64,000 bases of DNA from Patescibacteria group bacterium (GTDB taxonomy: Bacteria > Patescibacteriota > Saccharimonadia > Saccharimonadales > JAZKJC01): contig JAZKJC010000005.1 in NCBI GenBank assembly GCA_040384565.1, forward strand, positions 76,796-140,795, written 5' to 3'. Below, piece by piece: positions 1-10,301 of the stretch. A program made the position numbers and the translations under genes. Positions within the stretch are counted from its first letter, which is position 1; each line of letters opens with the position of its first letter. Under the pieces are notes generated by a model, which ran no database searches, was not told the origin of the DNA, and was given only the letters and a program-made list of their open reading frames with translations.

Positions 1-465
1 GATGTATTACAGATGACGTCGGAGGCCGCTCTGGAATTCTTCCAAAACATTCCATCTATTGCCCGCAAACTTCAAACAATGGTTGACGTGGGCCTTGGCT
101 ATATATCGCTTGGCCAGCCCGCCACGACACTTTCTGGAGGTGAAGCCCAGCGTGTCAAGTTGGCAACAGAATTATCACGCCGCCCAACCGGCCGTACGCT
201 ATATATATTGGACGAACCCACCACAGGCCTCCACATGGCAGACGTAGACAAGCTGTTGAGCGTCCTGCATGCTCTGGTGGATACTGGCAATAGTATGATT
301 ATTATCGAACACAACCTGGATGTCATCAAAAACGGCGACTGGATTATAGACATGGGCCCAGAGGGCGGCGCAGCCGGTGGCCAAATCATAGCCGTAGGCA
401 CTCCCGAACAAGTAGCCAAAAATAAACAAAGCTACACTGGCCAATACTTGACAAGAATGATATAA
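1..465 (+). CDS. uvrA: Excinuclease ABC subunit A, C-terminal part (5' end outside window)
   Basis: The frame is open from base 1. It carries the ABC signature [12 protein letters not shown], Walker [13 protein letters not shown], and [10 protein letters not shown]...DMGPEGG, typical of the second UvrA ATPase module. Confidence 0.9.
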   Translation, partial: DVLQMTSEAALEFFQNIPSIARKLQTMVDVGLGYISLGQPATTLSGGEAQRVKLATELSRRPTGRTLYILDEPTTGLHMADVDKLLSVLHALVDTGNSMIIIEHNLDVIKNGDWIIDMGPEGGAAGGQIIAVGTPEQVAKNKQSYTGQYLTRMI

Positions 466-473
466 TATCATAT

Positions 474-908
474 ATGCCTTTTGTAAATCGTCCTTTATTT
501 CCACCTCCCTCACCTGAACTGCTAGAAACAGCATGCCGTGTCTCTGCTGAAGCTACTCTGAGAACGGTTGCTGCTGATCCAGCATTGGAATTGGATCAAC
601 GCATCGGAGTCATTGGCGATTATATGATTAGTTGTCTTTTTGCGTCAAAGCCAGAAACGGGTGTTAGTGGTTGGGAAGAGGTATGCAGAGAAGGCCTGAC
701 TCATGCTGGTGCCTCAGAAGAAGTCGTCGAAGAATTAAATACAACCTACATTCGCAAAAGGGGGGTTCAGCGAATAGTTTTTTCATTAGCCTATTTGCGT
801 GACAATGCAGGCACTAGAGGTGTTATTAAAAAGGATAAAAGCGTAACTATAGCTGATGAGACCGCATTTCTAAGGGGAGTGATTGAAAGAGCGCAGCAAG
901 ACGCCTAA
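474..908 (+). CDS. Hypothetical protein (144 aa)
   Basis: Clean ORF packed tightly after uvrA. No motif recognised. Confidence 0.45.
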   Translation: MPFVNRPLFPPPSPELLETACRVSAEATLRTVAADPALELDQRIGVIGDYMISCLFASKPETGVSGWEEVCREGLTHAGASEEVVEELNTTYIRKRGVQRIVFSLAYLRDNAGTRGVIKKDKSVTIADETAFLRGVIERAQQDA

Positions 909-912
909 CTCC

Positions 913-1566
913 TTAATCGATTTTTTTGTTGAGGAAGATATTTCTTAGACCATATTTAACTTTTTCGGCAAGCAGTTGTCGGGATTCTTTCTTTTTGAAT
1001 AAGTGGATTAATGCTAGTGCTAGGCTTAAAACTAGAATGCCAAACATGACCAGTTCGATATACTTATCTAGGTGGGGGATTCGGTTGCCTATATAGTAGC
1101 CCAGGCTTGGCATAGTCACTCCCCATACTACAGCGCCGACAACATTAAATATCATAAAACGCTGTCTTGGCATTTTGCTGATTCCGGCCACAACCGGAGC
1201 AAAGGTTCTGATTACCGGCACAAAACGTGCCAAAATGATGGTTTTACCACCATGTTTTTCATAAAATTCCTCTGCACGGTCAATATATTCACTTCTAAAT
1301 AATAAACTGTCCTTTTTGTTAAATAGCCTGCGCCCACTGCGTCGTCCGATGCTATAACCGACATTGTCCCCGATTACTGCGGCTATAACCACACATAAAA
1401 TAAGCAGAGGCAAGGAAAAATGTCCCTGAGACGCATATAGTCCAGCCCCAAATAGAAGGGTGTCCCCCGGCAAGAAGAACCCAATCAAAAGGCCCGATTC
1501 GGCAAAAACTATGGCCGAAATAATCAATAGTCCGCCGCTTTCAATCAGTTGTTTTATGTCAAACAT
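913..1566 (-). CDS. dedA: DedA/SNARE-associated family membrane protein
   Basis: The N-terminus reads FAESGLLIGFFLPGDTLLF, followed by several TM segments and the DedA-typical RFVPVIRTFAPVVAG. Confidence 0.85.
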   Translation of the reverse strand: MFDIKQLIESGGLLIISAIVFAESGLLIGFFLPGDTLLFGAGLYASQGHFSLPLLILCVVIAAVIGDNVGYSIGRRSGRRLFNKKDSLLFRSEYIDRAEEFYEKHGGKTIILARFVPVIRTFAPVVAGISKMPRQRFMIFNVVGAVVWGVTMPSLGYYIGNRIPHLDKYIELVMFGILVLSLALALIHLFKKKESRQLLAEKVKYGLRNIFLNKKID

Positions 1567-1610
1567 TCACTTCACAGCTTACCACACCCACTCTTTCTAC
1601 AAATCTACAA

Positions 1611-1646
1611 AATCTCACAAAAAACGACAATTGTCGTATAATGTGA
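1611..1646 (+). promoter_or_regulatory. Putative promoter with palindromic operator for the PaaX-like gene
   Basis: A -10 TATAAT lies at 1637-1642. The perfect 14-bp palindrome ACGACAATTGTCGT at 1624-1637 overlaps it. The 25-nt string AATCTCACAAAAAACGACAATTGTC (1611-1635) recurs exactly at 2238-2262. Confidence 0.5.
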
Positions 1647-1652
1647 TGTATT

Positions 1653-2213
1653 GTGCAGTCGCGTACTAAAACAAGAGTGATTACTAATTCAGTTATTAAG
1701 GGTTTAGTTGCTGCCGGTGCCATTGCTACAGCGGTCGTAGCTCCAAATTCTGTGCAACTTATAGACAAATATCTTCAGAAACGGGATAAGAAATCTGCCC
1801 AAAAAACTCTTTATTATCTCAAGTACAGAAAACTTATTACCGTCAAAAAAGTGGGAGATCTAAACCATTACAAATTGACGAGTAAAGGGTTTGATAAATA
1901 CCAGAAAATTCTTCTGGATGAATTAGTTATTAAAATTCCCCGGAACTGGGATGAAAAGTGGCGGCTAGTCATGTTTGATATCCCAGCTGGACACGATAAA
2001 CAAAGAAAGGAGCTTTTGCATAAGCTTAAGGATTTAAATTTCTACATGTTGCAGAAAAGTGCCTGGATTCATCCGTTTGATTGCGAGAAGCAGATAGGAA
2101 TACTACTGAACATCCTTGAACTGGAGCAATATACCTCCTATATAGAAGTCCAAAAAGGAAATTTTACTGAGCATGCTGCCGTTTATTTCCATAAACAAGG
2201 CCTACTAATGTAA
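1653..2213 (+). CDS. PaaX-like transcriptional regulator (winged helix plus Cas2-like fold)
   Basis: WRLVMFDIPAGHDKQRKELLHKLKDLNFYMLQKSAWIHP matches the PaaX-family core W..v.fdIP...R..lr..L...gf..l..s.WihP. The GTG start lies about 11 nt after the -10, so the mRNA may be leaderless. Confidence 0.6.
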   Translation: MQSRTKTRVITNSVIKGLVAAGAIATAVVAPNSVQLIDKYLQKRDKKSAQKTLYYLKYRKLITVKKVGDLNHYKLTSKGFDKYQKILLDELVIKIPRNWDEKWRLVMFDIPAGHDKQRKELLHKLKDLNFYMLQKSAWIHPFDCEKQIGILLNILELEQYTSYIEVQKGNFTEHAAVYFHKQGLLM

Positions 2214-2237
2214 TTAAAATACTAATAGACATAAATT

Positions 2238-2276
2238 AATCTCACAAAAAACGACAATTGTCTAAAAATGTGAGAT
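2238..2276 (+). promoter_or_regulatory. Second copy of the 25-nt operator-like repeat, inside an 8-bp inverted repeat
   Basis: 2238-2262 is identical to 1611-1635. ATCTCACA (2239-2246) and TGTGAGAT (2269-2276) are reverse complements. Confidence 0.4.
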
Positions 2277-2317
2277 TTTGTTTTTAGTTTAATTTGGGGA
2301 GTAAAGGGGGAAAAGTT

Positions 2318-2326
2318 TGCTATAAT
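2318..2326 (+). promoter_or_regulatory. Extended -10 promoter element for rplY
   Basis: TGCTATAAT sits 38 nt upstream of the ATG, with an AAGGAAGAG ribosome-binding site before the start codon. Confidence 0.45.
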
Positions 2327-2363
2327 GTTAGAACTATTTCAGAAATTACTATAAGGAAGAGTT

Positions 2364-3068
2364 ATGTCTAATGATGCTATTGCAGTTGAGCTGCAGGAAC
2401 GAACAGTTATAAGAAAAGGCCTAACAGGCTTGCGTGCGTCCGGATTAACTCCGGCGGTTATTCATGATCATGGCAAGGACTCCATCCATGTCATGGGTAT
2501 TTCTACCGAACTAAACAAGGTGTTTAGTGTTGCCGGTAAGCACCATCCTGTCCAACTGACAGTGGGGAAGCTAAATCATTTGGCGATTATTAAGGACGTA
2601 GATTTTGAGCCTACAAAGCATGTACTGCGTCACATAGTATTTCAGGCCATCAGCCAGAACGAAGAAGTCGAAACTGAAGTGCCTATTGTATTCAAAGAAG
2701 ACGTAGAGATCCCTGCAGAAAAGCTTAGCCTGCTTGTGTTAAAACAACTTGATCACGTTGAGGTTAAAGCACTGCCAAGAGATTTGCCGGATCAATTAGT
2801 CGTTGACCCAAGTACTCTGGCAGATGTTGGTGATCACTTAACCGTAGCCGATCTTCAGGTTCCATCCGGCGTGACGGTGCTAACTGATCCATCGTCACAA
2901 ATTGCCATAGTAGAAATCCCTAAGGATCAAGCTGCTGAAGCTGATGCCGCTGCCGCCGCACTGAAACAAGAAGCTGGTACAACAGACGAAGTAGCCACAG
3001 AGGAATCAACCGAAGAATCAACCGAAGCCACCGACACTAAAGAGTCGGAAAAAGAAAAGCAAGAATAG
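2364..3068 (+). CDS. rplY: 50S ribosomal protein L25 / general stress protein Ctc
   Basis: The N-terminal L25 fold sequence reads RKGLTGLRASGLTPAVIH...HPVQL...AIIKDVDFEP. An acidic C-terminal extension is typical of the Ctc form. Confidence 0.9.
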   Translation: MSNDAIAVELQERTVIRKGLTGLRASGLTPAVIHDHGKDSIHVMGISTELNKVFSVAGKHHPVQLTVGKLNHLAIIKDVDFEPTKHVLRHIVFQAISQNEEVETEVPIVFKEDVEIPAEKLSLLVLKQLDHVEVKALPRDLPDQLVVDPSTLADVGDHLTVADLQVPSGVTVLTDPSSQIAIVEIPKDQAAEADAAAAALKQEAGTTDEVATEESTEESTEATDTKESEKEKQE

Positions 3069-3069
3069 C

Positions 3070-4821
3070 CTACTCTTCCAAAAATCCACCCGACTGATGA
3101 GCCCATAGGCGGGCATAGAGACCTTTTTTGGCTAGCAGTTCGGCGTGCGAACCTTCTTCTACAATCTTACCCTCATCAAGCACGATGATTCGATCCATGC
3201 GCTGGATTGTGCTTAAGCGGTGGGCAATTACCAGCGCTGTCCGCTTTTTCATAAGCTCCCAAAGGGCTGACTGGATAAGCTTTTCGCTTTCAGAATCAAG
3301 GGCGCTCGTAGCCTCATCCAGTAGTAAAATAGGCGCGTCTTTAAGCATCGCCCGGGCAATAGCTACCCGTTGTCTTTGGCCACCGGAAAGCTTGATGCCC
3401 CTTTCTCCAACCAGGGTGTTATAGCCTTGCGGCAGGGATTGAATAAACTCATCCGCATGGGCACGCTGGGCAGCTGCCTTTATCATTGCTTGCGTAGCCG
3501 AGGGATTGCCATAGGCAATATTTTCAGCCAGCGAGCGGTGAAACAAAATAGGATCCTGAGGAACGTATGCAATCTGGCGGTGCAAATCCGACTGCGAAAT
3601 GGCGGTTATATTTTGATCGTCAATAGTTATTTCACCTGAGTTTATATCGTGAAACCGCAGAAGCAGGCGTGTAATGGTGGTTTTTCCGCCACCGCTGGGT
3701 CCAATTAAGCCTACTCGTTCACCGGCATGTACCGTGATGTTCAAATTATTAAACAGGGTGTTGTCGTTGGAACTTTCGTTGTAGTCAAACTGTACATTCT
3801 TAAACTTAACTTCACCTTTGTTAATTATGGATTTTTCCGGTACTTCAGGATCCTGAATTAACGGCTTGCGGCCGAGCAACTCCGTCATTTCATGCGAGTC
3901 GCCCAGTACGCCTTCCAGTCGGCGCACAAACAAGCTTGCCTGCATAAGGCTTTGGATAATTTGGACTCCGTAAACCTGGAACAATAGGAATGTCGCGATG
4001 CTTAAACTGCCGTTTTGAATTGCCCGTATACCAGCGACCAAAAGCACTGTTTGAAACACACCACACAAGATCTGAACCCAATAATGATTACGCATCCCAA
4101 TCTTCCAGCTTTGCCTGAAAAGATTGTGGCGTTTAGTGTTTGCGGTATTATAATGCTCAAGTTCATAATCGTTGGTAGCAAAAGTTTTTAAAGTAATTGC
4201 ATTGGTTACTGAATCAGCCAGTTCTCCGGTTTGAGCGGTTTCCTGAGCAACCGCCATGCGCCTTATAGACATTCTTTTAACAGCTAAATACACAATGACT
4301 GCTATCGACAAACACCATAGCAGCGCAACTGCCAGACCAATGCCGACATTGTAAACAATCATGACAATCAATGAAACCGTAACGGCAGAAAATAGGCTCA
4401 TGGCTTCAACAAAAAATGTAATATGAAACAACTCGTAGGCCTTAACAAACCGATTAGCCTGACTTACAAGCGAACCTCCAAAATTATCTACAAAAAAACT
4501 ATATTCCTGCTTGTGTAAATGATCAAAGCAATCCGAGTACATATCGCGCATCGTTAAAAGATCCAGTCGTGCGCCTATTCTGCTATCTATGAAATACCAT
4601 ACAGTAATGCCACCAAAGAAAGATAAAATGGCAAGCCAGATATAACTGGCGCTAACTGGATCGCCACTACTTATTTGCCCAATTGCTTTGGCAATGAATA
4701 AAGGGGTTAAAACACTCTGAAATACATAAGTTGGCCCGAGCAGAAACGTACCAAACGTCAACCATGGACGCCGTTGCCAGTATGACCAATAGATACGTAG
4801 TGTTTTTGTCCCTGTTGACAT
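3070..4821 (-). CDS. ABC exporter, fused permease/ATPase (MsbA-like type I half-transporter), paralog 1
   Basis: N-terminal 6-TM domain, Walker A GPSGGGKTT, signature LSGGQRQRVAIARA, Walker B ILLLDEATSALD, H-loop AHRLST, C-terminal tail WAHQSGGFLEE. Confidence 0.9.
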   Translation of the reverse strand: MSTGTKTLRIYWSYWQRRPWLTFGTFLLGPTYVFQSVLTPLFIAKAIGQISSGDPVSASYIWLAILSFFGGITVWYFIDSRIGARLDLLTMRDMYSDCFDHLHKQEYSFFVDNFGGSLVSQANRFVKAYELFHITFFVEAMSLFSAVTVSLIVMIVYNVGIGLAVALLWCLSIAVIVYLAVKRMSIRRMAVAQETAQTGELADSVTNAITLKTFATNDYELEHYNTANTKRHNLFRQSWKIGMRNHYWVQILCGVFQTVLLVAGIRAIQNGSLSIATFLLFQVYGVQIIQSLMQASLFVRRLEGVLGDSHEMTELLGRKPLIQDPEVPEKSIINKGEVKFKNVQFDYNESSNDNTLFNNLNITVHAGERVGLIGPSGGGKTTITRLLLRFHDINSGEITIDDQNITAISQSDLHRQIAYVPQDPILFHRSLAENIAYGNPSATQAMIKAAAQRAHADEFIQSLPQGYNTLVGERGIKLSGGQRQRVAIARAMLKDAPILLLDEATSALDSESEKLIQSALWELMKKRTALVIAHRLSTIQRMDRIIVLDEGKIVEEGSHAELLAKKGLYARLWAHQSGGFLEE

Positions 4822-4846
4822 AGTAGGCTTAGTTTAACATTTGCAG

Positions 4847-6649
4847 TTATTCTTCCAAAAATCCACCAGATTGGTGGGCCCACAGTTCGGCATATTCGCC
4901 ATTTTGGTCCAATAATGTTTGGTGGCTGCCGTCTTCTATAATTGCGCCAGTTTTCATGACCAGAATTCTGTCCATTTTTCTGATTGTGCTCAACCTATGT
5001 GCAATCACTATTGTTGTGCGGTTTTTCATAAGGCTATCTAGCGCGCTGGTAATAAGCTTTTCGCTCTTGCTGTCCAATGCGCTGGTTGCTTCATCCAAAA
5101 CCAATATGGGCGCACGGCTAAGCATGGCCCGGGCTATGGCCACACGCTGTTTTTCACCACCGGATAGCTTGATGCCACGCTCGCCAACAAGCGTTTCATA
5201 TTTTTGCGGCATAGACTCAATAAAATCTGCGGCATGAGCCAGCCGAGCGGCTGTGAATACTTCCTCATCAGTTGCATCCTCACGGCCGTAACGGATATTT
5301 TCCATGAGCGATCGGTGAAACAAAATTGGCTCTTGCGGCACAAATGCTATATGGCTACGCAAATCATCTTGGGTTATTTGGGTTATATTTTGGCCATCTA
5401 TCAGTATTTTGCCCTGCTGCAAATCAATAAACCGCATTAGAATTCTGGATAGCGTTGACTTACCCGAGCCAGAATGTCCAACCAGCCCTATCTTTTGCCC
5501 CGGGGTAATAAGCAAGCTAAAGTCATTTAAGACGTCACTATTTGTATTGGGATAGCGAAAATCAACATCTTTGAACTCAATCAGGCCATGCTCTATTTTA
5601 GCTTTTTCTGGATGAGTTGGATCCTGAACTTCTGGCGGTAGGTCTAATATTTCTGTCAGTTCTGCCGCTTCGGATAATGATTGTTCGACACGCTGAACTG
5701 TTTGGTTCAAACTGAGCAGATCCCCGTAGAGTGTAAGTACATAAAGCTGGGCAGTCGTAACAGCAACTGCGGAAGTATGGCCACTGGTTACTAAGTAAAC
5801 CGAAAGATATGCGAAAGCAAAATACAGTCCAAGCAGTAATGCCCAGCGATAGCTTCTTATATGAGCGTCAAAATTAAATGATCTCAAGCGTTTTTTGTAA
5901 CGATCCTGGCTAATTCGGTTAAAACGTCTTTCTTCATGACCTGCCCTGGCAAAAGTCTTAACGTTTAACATGTTAGTGATTGTGTCCGCAAAGACAGCCG
6001 TTACATTTGAATCAGCGGTAGATGCAACTCGTGTTATAGGCGACTTTTTGATAGTTAACCATGTAACGCTTGAGACAAAGAAGATAGCCCAGACAAGTAA
6101 CACTACTCCCAATAAAGGAGCAATGACTAGCAGTACTCCAACAGAAAAAACAACTTTGATTAGTAGCTGAAGCAGATCAAAGAAGAAAATTCCTTCTAAT
6201 TCTTGATATGACCTAACAAACCTAGAAGTTTGCGCTACTAGTGAGCCAGCAAAATTATCTGTATAAAATCTGTAACTATGAAACTGCAATTTATGGAAAA
6301 TGAACTGTTCAAGATCGCGCAATGTTTTACTTTGACGATATATAATAGAGTAGTCGTTAATCCTCCAAAAAGTCACTTCTATAATTTTTACCCCAACTAT
6401 TACCCAAACAGTGTTATACAACTGTTGAGCATCAATCCCGCTATTGAAGTGTGCTAATTGTTGGAGTAGACGTGCCAAGAAGTAACTGACAACAATGTTG
6501 CCCATTACTGTGGCGATGCTAACAGCAATTACATTAAACGTAAATAAATACTTGTAATGAAAAGCTATGCGTAAATAATATCGTAGCGTACGGATGGTTA
6601 TAGCGCTTCGCTTGGGAGGGTTTTGTGTGGTTGATGTCGGTGACAGCAT
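4847..6649 (-). CDS. ABC exporter, fused permease/ATPase, paralog 2
   Basis: Walker A GHSGSGKST, signature LSGGEKQRVAIARA, Walker B ILVLDEATSALD, tail WAHQSGGFLEE. Confidence 0.9.
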   Translation of the reverse strand: MLSPTSTTQNPPKRSAITIRTLRYYLRIAFHYKYLFTFNVIAVSIATVMGNIVVSYFLARLLQQLAHFNSGIDAQQLYNTVWVIVGVKIIEVTFWRINDYSIIYRQSKTLRDLEQFIFHKLQFHSYRFYTDNFAGSLVAQTSRFVRSYQELEGIFFFDLLQLLIKVVFSVGVLLVIAPLLGVVLLVWAIFFVSSVTWLTIKKSPITRVASTADSNVTAVFADTITNMLNVKTFARAGHEERRFNRISQDRYKKRLRSFNFDAHIRSYRWALLLGLYFAFAYLSVYLVTSGHTSAVAVTTAQLYVLTLYGDLLSLNQTVQRVEQSLSEAAELTEILDLPPEVQDPTHPEKAKIEHGLIEFKDVDFRYPNTNSDVLNDFSLLITPGQKIGLVGHSGSGKSTLSRILMRFIDLQQGKILIDGQNITQITQDDLRSHIAFVPQEPILFHRSLMENIRYGREDATDEEVFTAARLAHAADFIESMPQKYETLVGERGIKLSGGEKQRVAIARAMLSRAPILVLDEATSALDSKSEKLITSALDSLMKNRTTIVIAHRLSTIRKMDRILVMKTGAIIEDGSHQTLLDQNGEYAELWAHQSGGFLEE

Positions 6650-6672
6650 ATTAATTCCTTATTCTACGGTTA

Positions 6673-8454
6673 CTATTCCAAAAAACCGCCGGACTGGTGT
6701 GCCCATAGGTTGGCGTAGGTACCTTGTTGTTTAAGCAGCTGCTGGTGAGTGCCCTGCTCTATAATGCTACCTTCATCGAGTACTATTATCCGGTCTAGTC
6801 TTTGGATGGTGCTTAGTCGGTGTGCTATGACTATGGCGGTGCGGTTTTCCATGAGCTTGAGTAGGGCGTCCTGGATCAAGGCCTCGCTTTCCGAATCTAG
6901 TGCCGAGGTAGCCTCATCGAGTACCAGAATAGGTGCGTCCTTGAGCACGGCACGGGCTATGGCTACACGCTGGCGCTGACCGCCTGATAATTTGGTGCCG
7001 CGTTCACCTACCAACGTATCATAACCATGTGGTAACTTTTTGATAAACTCGTCGGCGTGGGCTTTGCGCGATGCGGAAATTACCTGTTCGCGACTGGCTT
7101 TGGGTTCACCATACTGAATATTTTCCATGAGGGAACGGTGAAACATTACTGGCTCCTGCGGTACGTATGCAATTGAGCTTCTCAGGCTATCAAGTGTAAC
7201 TGCTGTGATGTTCTGGCCATCTATAGTTATTCGTCCAGACTGCACATCCATAAACCGCAGTAACAATTTGGTTATGGTAGTTTTGCCGCCTCCGCTTCTG
7301 CCAACTAGCCCGATTTTCTCGCCTGGACTCACAGATAAATTTAGATTTTTGAAAATATGAAACTCCGCACTTTCCTCGTAGCCAAAAGTAACATTCTGAA
7401 ACTTGATGTTTGCATCTTTGACTATTAGTTTTGAGGCGCCTGGTATATTTTTAATCTTAGGTTCGTCTAGCAGTAGCTCTGTAAACTGGGCAGAGTCAGT
7501 AACGTCGGTTTCCAGTTGTTTATATATGGTGTTAAATTCCCATAATACTCTAGTAAACGTCGCGAAATAACTAAAAGAAATAATAATACCCTCAATACTT
7601 TGGGCACCACCCTTGGCGCTTGTCAGCGCAATTGTCAATCCTATCAAATTTATTAATACATACAAAGGTGAAGTTACGGTGTGGATGCGAAGATTTTGGT
7701 AATCCCACGATTTCAAAGTCTTACCAATAAAATCTTTAGTGTATTTGGTGTGCTGAGCCTGTTCTTGGCTAATCTTGGCAAAAGATTGAACCGCAAGCAT
7801 ATTGGTCATGGTATCAGAAATGTTGCCGGCGATAACATTACCGGCTACCTCACGGACGCTGACTAACTTTTGCCTATGGTTTATAAGCGGTAGTACCAGC
7901 AAAATAGTAAAACTTACCATACCAATCAGTACAAAAACAAGCAGCGGGGAGAAATGCCAAAGTATAAAAGCTATGAAAATTAGCGGGATTAAGTTTGCTA
8001 GAACGTTAATGGCTATGGTGTCCATAAAACGGTCAAAATTTTTGGCATAGCCGATTATTTTTTTGGTCAAAGAACCCGAGAAATTATCCTGAAAAAAAGA
8101 CAAATCTTTTTGAAGTATTTGCCTCATGGCGTCAATATAAAGTGATTGAATTCCCCAAGCATTGTTTCGGATTAAAAGATGCAACGCAATACGCCAAACT
8201 GCCTCACCTGCTAACCAAACACCACCAAGTGCCAATACATACGGCGTTAATTGGGCAAAAGTGGGCGAATGGCCGCCAATGTATAATCCTGCAATCTTTG
8301 CCATAAAATATGGTGGCAAGTAAAAAACAAGAATATTGCCAATGCCAGGTAGAATTACGCCAGGCACACTAACCCGCCAATTGCGGCGCCACTCACCGTA
8401 GTAATTTTTCAGAACCAGTCGTCTGGCCTTTTTGCTTAATTCATCTGAACCCAT
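6673..8454 (-). CDS. ABC exporter, fused permease/ATPase, paralog 3
   Basis: Walker A GRSGGGKTT, signature LSGGQRQRVAIARA, Walker B ILVLDEATSALD, tail WAHQSGGFLE. Confidence 0.9.
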   Translation of the reverse strand: MGSDELSKKARRLVLKNYYGEWRRNWRVSVPGVILPGIGNILVFYLPPYFMAKIAGLYIGGHSPTFAQLTPYVLALGGVWLAGEAVWRIALHLLIRNNAWGIQSLYIDAMRQILQKDLSFFQDNFSGSLTKKIIGYAKNFDRFMDTIAINVLANLIPLIFIAFILWHFSPLLVFVLIGMVSFTILLVLPLINHRQKLVSVREVAGNVIAGNISDTMTNMLAVQSFAKISQEQAQHTKYTKDFIGKTLKSWDYQNLRIHTVTSPLYVLINLIGLTIALTSAKGGAQSIEGIIISFSYFATFTRVLWEFNTIYKQLETDVTDSAQFTELLLDEPKIKNIPGASKLIVKDANIKFQNVTFGYEESAEFHIFKNLNLSVSPGEKIGLVGRSGGGKTTITKLLLRFMDVQSGRITIDGQNITAVTLDSLRSSIAYVPQEPVMFHRSLMENIQYGEPKASREQVISASRKAHADEFIKKLPHGYDTLVGERGTKLSGGQRQRVAIARAVLKDAPILVLDEATSALDSESEALIQDALLKLMENRTAIVIAHRLSTIQRLDRIIVLDEGSIIEQGTHQQLLKQQGTYANLWAHQSGGFLE

Positions 8455-8471
8455 TTAGACTAATAGTAACA

Positions 8472-10301
8472 TTATCGGTAGCCTTCGGCTTGTTTGCTGA
8501 ACATCTCATGGTAGAGGCCTTTTTTCTTAAGTAATTGTGAGTGAGAGCCGGTTTCTACTATTTTGCCGTGATCCACAACTATAATTCTGTCGGCTCTTCT
8601 GACTGTGCTGAAGCGGTGGCTGACTATAATGGTTGTTTTGCCCCGGTAGTGCTCAAAAATATTATTGAAAATATCATACTCGGCTTTTGCGTCTATTGCA
8701 GCTGTCGGTTCGTCTAATATAAGCACATTAGCTTGCCTATAAAACGCTCTTGCCAGTGCGACGCGCTGCCATTGGCCTCCACTTGGCTCAATACCTTTTT
8801 TGAAGCTACTGTCCAACACTGTATTCCAACCATGCTCATAACTTTTTACTAACTCGTCGACTCCACCAAACTTAGCAGCTTGAGTCAGCAGTTTTTGGTC
8901 GGGCTTTTGGCTAGAGCGGCCTATGTAAATATTTTCATCAATAGGCATGGGGTAATGATTAAAATCCTGGAACAAAGTCGCCAGCAATGAATACCATGAA
9001 TCAATTGATAAAGCATTTAAATCAATACCGTTTATTAATATCTGCCCTTTTGTGGGGCGGTAAAGCCGCAATAATAGCTTTATGAGCGTGCTTTTGCCAG
9101 CACCGTTTTCACCAACCAAAGCGACGTGTTCCCCCGGTCTAATATGTAGGTTAAGATTCTCAAATATAGCAGAATTTTGTTCCGGATAGCTAAAAGATAC
9201 GTTCTTAAACAGTATGTCAGGAGTGCTATTGTTTGGCAGCTTAATCGCTCCTGGAGTATCTACGATATGTGGCTTGGAATCGATTAAGTCAAAATAACTA
9301 TCTGCAAATAGTAAAGTTTCTTGCATCCTAGACAAGGTACCAAAAATATTATTCAGCGCGCCGCCAATCCTAAGCAACGCTCCGGACAAGAAGAAATACC
9401 TATCCAGTGAGATAGTCCGCCCCAATAATTGGCGAAGCAATATTATCGATCCAGCCCCTGTCCCCATGACTTCCAATATTTTTGTTGGCACTACTAATCG
9501 GCTGGCAAGACGGTATTTATGCTCTTGCTCACGGTAAAAATCATTATTCATACTATCAATTTTGCGCAGAACGTACTGAGTTGCCTGGGAGCTCCGAAGT
9601 TCCATTTGGCCTTTGGCCTGGCGTAGTATGTGATCTAACCCCCAGAAAATATGCCGTTGGTCGCCTTTAGCGTCCCAAACAAACCATTGTAGTTTTGCTA
9701 AACGACCTTCTGCCATAAGTGTCGGTATCAGAAAAACTGCAATCAATGGTACCAGCCACCATGTAATTTGAGCCACAATAATTGTTATGGCGATAAACCG
9801 CAGCAGCGCATAGAGTAAGTCAAGACAAGCGCTGGACAAATTGGAAAGCTGCCAAGTATAGGCGGCACCAACTTTATTGATTTTATTGCGAGTGCGTTCA
9901 CTGTAATACTCTTGTAGGTCTAGCTCACAAAGTGTTCTCATGAACGTATTGGTGGACCAATGCACAAAGGCGTAGTACAACAAATGTTTGGCGTATGTCA
10001 TAGTAAAGAAGCCAATAGCCATTACCGCGGCGGCCACTATATCTATCCATAGCCAAAACCAAATTCCAGTAGTTTGTCCATTTGCTATAAAGCCAGCCAA
10101 CAATGCGCCTAAGCGTGCCGTCGCATAAATTGATGTGACGAACGCGCCTATTTCCAGAAATGCCCCCAGGAAAAACACGCTCATAGCTTTTGAACGAATC
10201 TCCCAACCAGTTTTGAGCATACGTAAACTAAGCCCAATGTGCCGCTTTAAGGTGACTTGGTTTTGTTTAACATCATCCTTACTCATCCAGGAATCCTCCA
10301 C
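8472..10301 (-). CDS. ABC exporter, fused permease/ATPase, divergent member
   Basis: Walker A GENGAGKST, signature variant PSGGQWQRVALARA, Walker B VLILDEPTAAID, H-loop SHRFST. It lacks the QSGGFLEE tail. Its 5' end overlaps the upstream ABC gene by 23 nt. Confidence 0.85.
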   Translation of the reverse strand: MEDSWMSKDDVKQNQVTLKRHIGLSLRMLKTGWEIRSKAMSVFFLGAFLEIGAFVTSIYATARLGALLAGFIANGQTTGIWFWLWIDIVAAAVMAIGFFTMTYAKHLLYYAFVHWSTNTFMRTLCELDLQEYYSERTRNKINKVGAAYTWQLSNLSSACLDLLYALLRFIAITIIVAQITWWLVPLIAVFLIPTLMAEGRLAKLQWFVWDAKGDQRHIFWGLDHILRQAKGQMELRSSQATQYVLRKIDSMNNDFYREQEHKYRLASRLVVPTKILEVMGTGAGSIILLRQLLGRTISLDRYFFLSGALLRIGGALNNIFGTLSRMQETLLFADSYFDLIDSKPHIVDTPGAIKLPNNSTPDILFKNVSFSYPEQNSAIFENLNLHIRPGEHVALVGENGAGKSTLIKLLLRLYRPTKGQILINGIDLNALSIDSWYSLLATLFQDFNHYPMPIDENIYIGRSSQKPDQKLLTQAAKFGGVDELVKSYEHGWNTVLDSSFKKGIEPSGGQWQRVALARAFYRQANVLILDEPTAAIDAKAEYDIFNNIFEHYRGKTTIIVSHRFSTVRRADRIIVVDHGKIVETGSHSQLLKKKGLYHEMFSKQAEGYR

